Source: Myxococcota bacterium (GTDB taxonomy: Bacteria; Myxococcota_A; UBA796; UBA2385). From it: a stretch of 64,000 bases of DNA. Below are positions 57,352 to 64,000 of this stretch, piece by piece. The translations under genes were made by a program, and so were the position numbers. The notes beneath the pieces are model-generated. The model searched no databases. It was not told the origin of the DNA and worked only from the letters and a program-made list of their open reading frames with translations. Every line of letters starts with the position of its first letter. The first letter of the stretch is position 1. Where the stretch lies: NCBI GenBank assembly GCA_044344255.1, contig JBIJDH010000003.1:64001-128000 (forward strand). The letters are read 5' to 3'.

Positions 57352-57488
57352 GGTGCAAGCTTAACAGCTCCGTCGCTGGGGTTGGAGGGGAGGGTGCTGG
57401 CGAGCGGGGCGCAGGCTCGGCCTGCGGCGGGCAGCCTCCCGCTTGGTTCGGTGGTAGAAATGCGGACCTGCCCGCGCGAGCCCCCCCT

Positions 57489-59822
57489 TTGAACATCCGT
57501 GCCCTGCTGCTGATCGTCGGCGCTGCGGTCGCCTTCTCCTGGATGGCGATCCCGGCGCGCTCCGCGGGGGCGCCCATCCTCACGGTGGCGGCCTGGCGCG
57601 CGATCTTCGTGGCGCTCTCCTTCGCCGCGTGGACCCTCCTGGAGGGGCGCGGCCTCGCGGCGCTGCGGCTGGAGCGGCCCACCCTGCGCATGGGCGTCTT
57701 CTACGGGCTGGCCCTGGCCCTCGCGTCGGCCACCTACACGGGGGCTTACGCGCTGACGACGGTGCCGAACACGGCCTTCTTCCACAGCCTCGCCCCCGTG
57801 GCCGCCTTCCCGCTCGCCTACCGGCTCTTCGGCGAGCGCCCCGGCGGGCGGGCGCTGATCGGCACCGGCCTCGCGGTGCTCGGCGTAGGGCTCCTCTCCG
57901 GCGTCTCGATCCTGCACTTCACCGAGGCGGTGAACCCCCGCTTCCTCCTCGGTGATCTGCTGGCCCTGCTGTCGGGCTTCGGCTACGGCGCCGTGCTCGT
58001 GTGCACGCGGGCGGCGCGCACGCAGGGCTTGCCGGTGCTGCCCGTGCTTACGGTGGCCTGGACGGTCGCCGCGCTGGTGTTGGTTCCCCTCGCGCTGGTG
58101 ACGGGGCAGCTCAGCCTGCCCCTGAGCGGCGTGCCCTGGGTCCTCGGCCTGGCCCTCGTGTGCACGACCCTGCCCTTCTACCTGCTCAATGTGGCGCTGC
58201 GGCAGGTGCCCGCAGGGGTGGCCTCCCTGGTCGCGATGTCGGAGGTGCTGTTCGCCACGGTGCTGGGCTTCGTCTTCTACGGAGAGACGGTGGCGCCGAT
58301 CGGCTGGCTCGGCGGGCTCTTCGTCTTGCTGGGCATCGGCTGGCCCTTCTTCGGAGAGGAGGGTGTCCCGGCCGCAGAGGTGCCACAGCTCTCGCCGGCG
58401 GCGCGCGGCCCGCGGCTCGGTCGGCTGGGGATCCGGCTCCTCCTGTTCAACGGCGGCGCGGCGATGGCCCTGCTCGAGGGGCACCGCTCGGGCATGCTGC
58501 TCGCCTGGCTGGCCCTTGCATCGGCGGCCTCGCTTGGCCACCCGCTGCTCCGAGAGGCCGCAGGGGTCCGGTGGGCGGGTGCGCTGCGGGCCGGCCTCGG
58601 GGGCCTCGGCCTCCTGCTCCTCCTGGCGCTCGTCTGGCGGGGCGGCTGGGATGACCCCAGCCCCTCGCTGCTCGTCGCCGGGGCAGCGGGCCTCGCGCTC
58701 CTCGCCGACGCCTGGCTGCGAGGGGCCGAGCCCGAAGGAGAGCGCGCCGACGACCTCGTCGCGCGCCTCGGCCTCCTGGGCTGCCTGCTCGGCGCAGCGG
58801 CCGGCGCGGCGGGCCACCCGGCGGCGGGCCTGCTGCTCGGTGGCGCGGGGCTCCTCACCACCCTGAGCGCGGTGCTCCTCGGGGCCGACGCCCTCAACCT
58901 GTCCATCGGGGAGGCGGTGCGACGGCGCCTTCGGCCGGCCGGCGGCCCGCGCCTCGTGTTGGGGCTGGTGCTGCTCCTGCTCGTCACCGGTGGGCTTCGT
59001 GTGGTGCCGGCGGGGCATGTGGCGGTGATCGAGCGGCTGGGACGGCCGATCCCCGAGCCCTCCCCCGCAGGTTTGCTCACCCGCTTGCCGCCCCCCTTCG
59101 AGCGGAGCACGGTGGTCGATGTGGCCCGCGTGCGGCGGGTGGCGCTCTCGGGCACCGAGGCGACCTTGCTCACCGGGGATCAGGCCCTCGTCTCCGTTCA
59201 AGCGAGCCTCGTCTATACGGTCAGCGAGCCGGTCTCCTTTGTCCTCGGCTCGGCCGACCCCGAAGCCGCCCTCGTGCGGCTCGGCCGCGCCTCCCTCGTC
59301 GAGACCGTGGCCCGGCTCAGCCTCGACGCGGTCCTGACCCGAGGCCGCGCTGGCCTCGAAGGTCGGGTGGCCGAGCTCACCCGCCGCGCCGCGGAGGCCG
59401 CCGGGCTCGGCGTGAAGGTGGAGGCCGTCGAGCTGCTCCACGTGGGGGTCCCGGCGCCGGTCACCGCCGCCTTCCTCGACGTCACCAGCGCCGAGGAGCA
59501 CCAGAAGCGGCTCGTCAACGAGGCTGAGGCCTACGCGGCGCGTGTCGTCCCAGCGGCGCGCGGCGGGGTGGTGGCGGCTGGCGAGCGGGCCCGCGGCGCC
59601 GTCGCCGGCACCCTCGCCCGCGCCGAGGGGCGCGCCGCCTTGATCTTCGGCCTCACCGAGGGGGGGAGCCCGGCGCCGGGTATCACCGTCGACCGGGCCC
59701 GACATGAACAGATGATCGAGATCCTGGCCCCGCGGCGCCTGCTCATCGTGCCGTCGTCGGTGACCGTCTGGGCGGGTGGGGCCGCCGCCTCGGCGCCGAT
59801 CCCCACGAAGGGAGCGAAGTGA
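57489..59822 (+). CDS. Fusion of EamA/DMT transporter, membrane linker and HflK-like SPFH domain
   Basis: EamA motifs (AWR, LAPV, FGERP, GDLLAL, SEVLFA, GE); VIERLG, LLTGD, AFLDV..A, EAEAY; TTG start inferred. Confidence 0.8.
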   Translation: MNIRALLLIVGAAVAFSWMAIPARSAGAPILTVAAWRAIFVALSFAAWTLLEGRGLAALRLERPTLRMGVFYGLALALASATYTGAYALTTVPNTAFFHSLAPVAAFPLAYRLFGERPGGRALIGTGLAVLGVGLLSGVSILHFTEAVNPRFLLGDLLALLSGFGYGAVLVCTRAARTQGLPVLPVLTVAWTVAALVLVPLALVTGQLSLPLSGVPWVLGLALVCTTLPFYLLNVALRQVPAGVASLVAMSEVLFATVLGFVFYGETVAPIGWLGGLFVLLGIGWPFFGEEGVPAAEVPQLSPAARGPRLGRLGIRLLLFNGGAAMALLEGHRSGMLLAWLALASAASLGHPLLREAAGVRWAGALRAGLGGLGLLLLLALVWRGGWDDPSPSLLVAGAAGLALLADAWLRGAEPEGERADDLVARLGLLGCLLGAAAGAAGHPAAGLLLGGAGLLTTLSAVLLGADALNLSIGEAVRRRLRPAGGPRLVLGLVLLLLVTGGLRVVPAGHVAVIERLGRPIPEPSPAGLLTRLPPPFERSTVVDVARVRRVALSGTEATLLTGDQALVSVQASLVYTVSEPVSFVLGSADPEAALVRLGRASLVETVARLSLDAVLTRGRAGLEGRVAELTRRAAEAAGLGVKVEAVELLHVGVPAPVTAAFLDVTSAEEHQKRLVNEAEAYAARVVPAARGGVVAAGERARGAVAGTLARAEGRAALIFGLTEGGSPAPGITVDRARHEQMIEILAPRRLLIVPSSVTVWAGGAAASAPIPTKGAK

Positions 59823-60706
59823 TGGACAAGAACAGGGCCGCTCTGCTGGCCGGCGTGGGGGCCTTGCTCGGGCTCGGCCTCGCCTCGGCCTCGACGCTCG
59901 ATGCCCGCGAGGTGGGGGTGGTCACCCGCTTTGGCGCCCCCGTGCGGGCGCTCACCGAGCCGGGCCTCTACCTGCACGCCCCCTGGCCCTTCGAGACCCT
60001 CGTCCGCTTCGACGCCCGTCTGAGGGTGCTCGAGACACCGGCCACCGAGTTCCTCACCGCAGACAAGAAGAACCTCGTGGTCGAGGCCTTCGCCATCTGG
60101 CGGGTGACGGACCCTCGGCGTTTCCTCGAGGCCGTGGGTCAGGTGGAGGCCGCCGAGGCGCAGCTCGTCGACCTCGTCCGCTCTCGCATCGGCGCGGCGA
60201 TGGGCAAGATGGACCTCACCGCCGTGCTCACGGTCGAGTCCGGCGCCGGCGGGCTCCTCCCCGACACCCTCGTCGAGGAGGTGTCTGCCACCGCCCTCTC
60301 CCGCTTCGGGGTGCGGGTGCTCGATGTGCGGCTCCGGCAGGTGAGCCTCCCCATCCAGAACGAGCAGTCCATCTATGAGCGCATGAAGGCCGAGCGCCAG
60401 CGCATCGCCAACCAATACCGCTCCGAGGGGGAGGAGCAGGCCACCGCCATCAAGGCCGCCGCCGACCGCGAGGCCGCCGAGCTGCTCGCCACCGCCGATC
60501 GGGAGGCCGCCATCATCCTCGCCGGGGCCGAGAAGGAGGCCGCGGCGCGCTATGCGGAGGCCTACCGGGCCAACCCGCCCCTCTACACCCTGCTCGCCGA
60601 CATGGACGCCTACCGGGCCGTGCTCGACGAGGACACCACCGTGGTGCTCGACGGCGAGAGCGGCTTCTTCGCCCCCCTCTCCGGGCGGGGGGCGTCGCTC
60701 CCGTGA
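59822..60706 (+). CDS. hflC: HflC-like SPFH protein
   Basis: VTRFG, PGLY..PWP, LTADKKNL, IYERMKAER..A..YRSEG. Confidence 0.85.
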   Translation: MDKNRAALLAGVGALLGLGLASASTLDAREVGVVTRFGAPVRALTEPGLYLHAPWPFETLVRFDARLRVLETPATEFLTADKKNLVVEAFAIWRVTDPRRFLEAVGQVEAAEAQLVDLVRSRIGAAMGKMDLTAVLTVESGAGGLLPDTLVEEVSATALSRFGVRVLDVRLRQVSLPIQNEQSIYERMKAERQRIANQYRSEGEEQATAIKAAADREAAELLATADREAAIILAGAEKEAAARYAEAYRANPPLYTLLADMDAYRAVLDEDTTVVLDGESGFFAPLSGRGASLP

Positions 60707-61560
60707 GCTCCGGCGCCGCTCGCCTCCTGCTCGCCGCGGTCGGGCTCGTGGCCCTGGCGGCCTCGACGCTGATCGTGGTCGATCCCGCCGAGGTCGCGGT
60801 GGTGCAGCGCTTTGGCGCCGCCCATCGGGTGGTGTCCGCCGGCCTCGGGCTCCGCTTGCCCTGGCCGGTCGAGTCGGTCGAGCGGGTGCGGCTCACCGAG
60901 GTGCGGCGGGTGGAGCTCCCCCGGGCGCGCCTGCTGACCGGCGACTCCAACCTCGTCGAGCTCGAGCTCGTGGCCCAGTACAGCGTCTCCGACCCTGTGG
61001 CCTGGGCCTTCGGGCCGGCCGACCCCGAGCGCCTCGTGGCCGATCTCGTCGGCGCGGCGGCCACCTCTCTGCTCTGCAAGCTGCCCGTCGACGTCCTGCT
61101 CACGAGCGGCCGGGCTGAGCTCCAGCGCCGCCTCACCGAGACCGTGCAGCCCGACCTCGACCGCCTCGGCACCGGCGTGCACCTCGTCGGCGTGGAGGTT
61201 CGAGAGATCGTGCCCCCCGAGGCGGTGCAGAACGCATTTAACGACGTGAGCAGCGCGCGCGGCGACCAGGACACCCTCCGCCTCGCCGCCGACGCCTACG
61301 CCTCCCGCCTGCTGCCCGACGTGCGCGGCAAGGCGAGCGAGCGGCTGGAGGTCGCCCGGGGCCGCGCCGCCGAGATCAAGGGCCGCTCCGAAGGGGACGT
61401 CGCCCGCTTCGAGGCCCTGCTGCCCGCTTGGCGGACCGACCCCGCCGCCCTCCGGGGTCGCCTGCAGGCCGAGCTCGCCCAGACCGTCGGGCCCAAGATC
61501 ACGATCCGCAGCCTGCCCCCGGGATCCATCCTCACCCTCCCTCCTGAGTCTCCCCGATGA
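60703..61560 (+). CDS. hflK: HflK-like SPFH protein
   Basis: VQRFG, PWPVE, LLTGDSNLV, PPEAVQNAFNDV..A, G..ARF. Confidence 0.82.
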   Translation: MSSGAARLLLAAVGLVALAASTLIVVDPAEVAVVQRFGAAHRVVSAGLGLRLPWPVESVERVRLTEVRRVELPRARLLTGDSNLVELELVAQYSVSDPVAWAFGPADPERLVADLVGAAATSLLCKLPVDVLLTSGRAELQRRLTETVQPDLDRLGTGVHLVGVEVREIVPPEAVQNAFNDVSSARGDQDTLRLAADAYASRLLPDVRGKASERLEVARGRAAEIKGRSEGDVARFEALLPAWRTDPAALRGRLQAELAQTVGPKITIRSLPPGSILTLPPESPR

Positions 61561-63026
61561 ACCGCTTTCGTGGCGTCATCCTGCTCGTGGTGCTCGCCAA
61601 CATCGTGCTTGTCGCCTGGCTCCTCCTCCGGAGCCCCGAAGGGCAGGGCCCGCGCAGCGCCGCCGAGGTGGTCGCTCCGCTCGTGGCCGACGCCGCCCTC
61701 GACGGCGCCCGCTATGACCTCCAGGCTCGCCAGGGGGAGCTCAACCTCATCCTCATCAGCCTCGACGCGCTCCGCTACGACCGCACCGGCTTCGGCGGCA
61801 ACCCGGACGGGCTCACCCCCAACCTCGATCGTTTCGCCGAGGAGGCCGTGGTCTTCCACAAGACGACTGCGGCCGCTCCCTGGACGCTGCCCTCGCACAT
61901 GTCGATCTTCACCGGTCGTTGGCCCTCTGTCCACGGGGTGACGAACAAGCTGAAGCTCCTCAGCCAGGACCAGATGGTGCCCACCTCTCTGTCGCCGGGC
62001 ATCGAGACCTTCCCGGATCTGTTGATCCGCGCGGGCTACACGGCGGTGGGCTTCACGGGTGGGGCGGGCGTGCAGGCCAGCTACGGCTTCGGTCGCGGCT
62101 TCGCGACCTACCTCGACGACAAGCCCTTCGCCGGCTTCGACTATAGCGTCCCCCCGGCCTTGAGTTGGCTCCAAGAGCACCGAAATGAACGATTCTTCAT
62201 GTTCCTACATGGCTACGACGCCCACGGCCAGCACCCGCTGCTTGGCGTGAACCCCCGCGACGCCGTCCCCGACTACAAGGGCGCGCTCGACGGCTCGGTC
62301 GAGGAGCAGGCGAAGCTGCGCGAGCAGGGCCTCGCCGCCATCGAGAGCCCCGGAGACGGCGCCAACATCCGCGGCACCATCAACGAGGAGGACGCCCGCT
62401 TCCTCAAGGGCGTCTACGACCGCAAGGTCCAGCAGGCCGACGAGCGGGTGGGCGGCTTCCTCGACCAGCTCAAGGCGCAAGGGCTGCTCGAGAAGAGCGT
62501 CGTCGCCATCATCTCCGATCACGGCGACGAGTTCATGGAGCACGGCTACGTGGATCACGGGGCGACCCTCTGTGAGCATCAGCTCCACACCGTGATGCTG
62601 ATCCGCTTCCCCGGCTACACCAAGCGGCGGGACGTGCGCGAACCCGTCCGCTCCCTCGACGTCTTCCCCACCCTCTTCGACGCAGTGGGTCTCCAGGGGC
62701 CCCCGGGCGTGGACGGACAGAGCCTCTTGCCGATGCTGCGCGGCGAGGCCCAGGTCCTGCCGGTCTTCTCCGAGACCGACTATCGGCTCTTCGTTCACCT
62801 CCGCATGACCCGCGTGGGCTCGAAGAAGCTGCTGCTGGACCTCGAGGACGGGCAGCGCCAGCTCTTCGACCTCGCCACCGATCAGGACGAGGAGCGCGAC
62901 CTCAGCTCCTCGAACCCGCGAGACACCTATGAGCTCGAGCAGGCGCTGCGCGGCTGGATGGAGAAGACCCGCACGAACCCCGTGGACTACCTCGGCATCA
63001 AGCAGGAGCCGATCAAGATCTTCTGA
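61557..63026 (+). CDS. Membrane-anchored sulfatase-fold protein
   Basis: ISLDALR, TPNLD, APWTLPSH, SDHGDE, HG, LFDL..D..E. Confidence 0.87.
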   Translation: MNRFRGVILLVVLANIVLVAWLLLRSPEGQGPRSAAEVVAPLVADAALDGARYDLQARQGELNLILISLDALRYDRTGFGGNPDGLTPNLDRFAEEAVVFHKTTAAAPWTLPSHMSIFTGRWPSVHGVTNKLKLLSQDQMVPTSLSPGIETFPDLLIRAGYTAVGFTGGAGVQASYGFGRGFATYLDDKPFAGFDYSVPPALSWLQEHRNERFFMFLHGYDAHGQHPLLGVNPRDAVPDYKGALDGSVEEQAKLREQGLAAIESPGDGANIRGTINEEDARFLKGVYDRKVQQADERVGGFLDQLKAQGLLEKSVVAIISDHGDEFMEHGYVDHGATLCEHQLHTVMLIRFPGYTKRRDVREPVRSLDVFPTLFDAVGLQGPPGVDGQSLLPMLRGEAQVLPVFSETDYRLFVHLRMTRVGSKKLLLDLEDGQRQLFDLATDQDEERDLSSSNPRDTYELEQALRGWMEKTRTNPVDYLGIKQEPIKIF

Positions 63027-63134
63027 CAAGATCTTCTGACGGGTGCTCCGGAGTAGCGGCCGCGGGTACAAGAAGGCGAGTCGTCCCCCTTCCGTCCGGC
63101 GCTGTGGGTGGTACCATGGGGAGCATCGGCTGGC

Positions 63135-64000
63135 ATGACGCGCTGGATCTCGGAGTCTCCTTTGGCCTACACTCCCTCCCTTGACCCTGCCCTGTACGTC
63201 CACGCGAACGGCTCGGTCGACCAGCTGTATATGGACCAGATGCGGCAGCAGGACCGCAGCCCCGTCCACACCGACAGCCGCTTGCCGCGGGTGGCGCTGG
63301 TGGTGGGGCCGTCGCCCTTCTCGATGCCGAGGGGCTGGGAGTTCTTTCTGACCTCCCCCTACGAGGGGATCACGTACATCGCGACCGTCTTGATCAACGC
63401 CGGATACCCGGTGGAGATCGTGGATGTTCGATACGATCCCACCCCGCACGAGACGGCCTATCGCGCCGTGCTCGACCGCTGTGACGTCGTGGGCATCGCC
63501 ACCTTCGAGGATAACTACCCCTGGGTCGAGCGCCTGATCGCTGACCTCAAGGCCGATCGCCCCAACCTGCCGATCATCCTCGGCGGCAGCCTCGTCACCA
63601 GCGTCCCCCACGTCTTCATGCGCGAGACCCGCGCCGACGTCGCGGTCATCTCTGAAGGTGAGATCACGATCCTCGAGGTGATGGACGCCTTCACCCGGGG
63701 CAATTGGAGCTGGCGCCTCGCCGAGATCAAGGGGATCTGGTACCGCGACAGCAAGGGGCAGGTGCACGCCACCCCTCCCCGCGGCCAGATGCCCAACCTC
63801 GACTCCCTGCCGAACATGCGGCTCGATCTCTGGCCGCAGTTCAAGGACCCCCGCGGGATGCAGCCGCAGATCATCGCGAGCTACTCCCGTGGCTGCAAGA
63901 TGGACTGCTCTTTCTGTTACCGCACCACCCCGCAGGAGCGGGTGAAGTCGCCGCAGAAGCTCAATGAAGAGCTGGCCTTCCTGAAGAAGAACTATCAGAC
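63135..64000 (+). CDS. B12-binding radical SAM enzyme (partial, runs off the window)
   Basis: Open frame from ATG 63135 to the window end; ILGG, SEGE, YSRGCKMDCSFCY. Confidence 0.85.
   Translation, partial: MTRWISESPLAYTPSLDPALYVHANGSVDQLYMDQMRQQDRSPVHTDSRLPRVALVVGPSPFSMPRGWEFFLTSPYEGITYIATVLINAGYPVEIVDVRYDPTPHETAYRAVLDRCDVVGIATFEDNYPWVERLIADLKADRPNLPIILGGSLVTSVPHVFMRETRADVAVISEGEITILEVMDAFTRGNWSWRLAEIKGIWYRDSKGQVHATPPRGQMPNLDSLPNMRLDLWPQFKDPRGMQPQIIASYSRGCKMDCSFCYRTTPQERVKSPQKLNEELAFLKKNYQ

Overview
GC-rich bacterial DNA, probably Myxococcota-like (MYXO-CTERM sorting signal, Ser/Thr kinase-FGE protein, FHA-type sigma-54 activator). No rRNA, tRNA, CRISPR or reverse transcriptase was recognised. 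Contents from left to right: (1) a 2-aminophenol-1,6-dioxygenase-like alpha/beta pair, with alpha fused to a RidA deaminase, next to kynB; (2) an ECF sigma/anti-sigma pair and a kinase; (3) a sigma-54 activator with a nested AAA+ architecture, flanked by two operons that each carry a -24/-12 promoter; (4) SGNH hydrolase, sulfatase-fold protein, pilT-like gene, and rsgA with a structured leader containing a uORF; (5) a two-gene cassette of a GlmS-like double-SIS protein and a CTP-synthase/methyltransferase/CMP-kinase triple fusion; (6) a catalytically dead M1 peptidase; (7) a 5.8 kb block bounded by a 119-bp duplication of a gene 3' end; (8) a minus-strand type II FAS/PKS-like cluster of about 22 kb with two KS plus KS-like pairs, an atypical ACP, FabZ, three SDRs, an aminotransferase, a nitroreductase and three radical SAM enzymes, two of them Tes/GDGT-MAS (MJ0619)-like, interrupted by a block containing an IS3 remnant; (9) an EamA-HflK fusion/hflC/hflK/sulfatase operon and a B12 radical SAM gene running off the right edge. 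The best candidates for undescribed systems are items 8 and 5. All calls are by-eye motif recognition; no searches were run.
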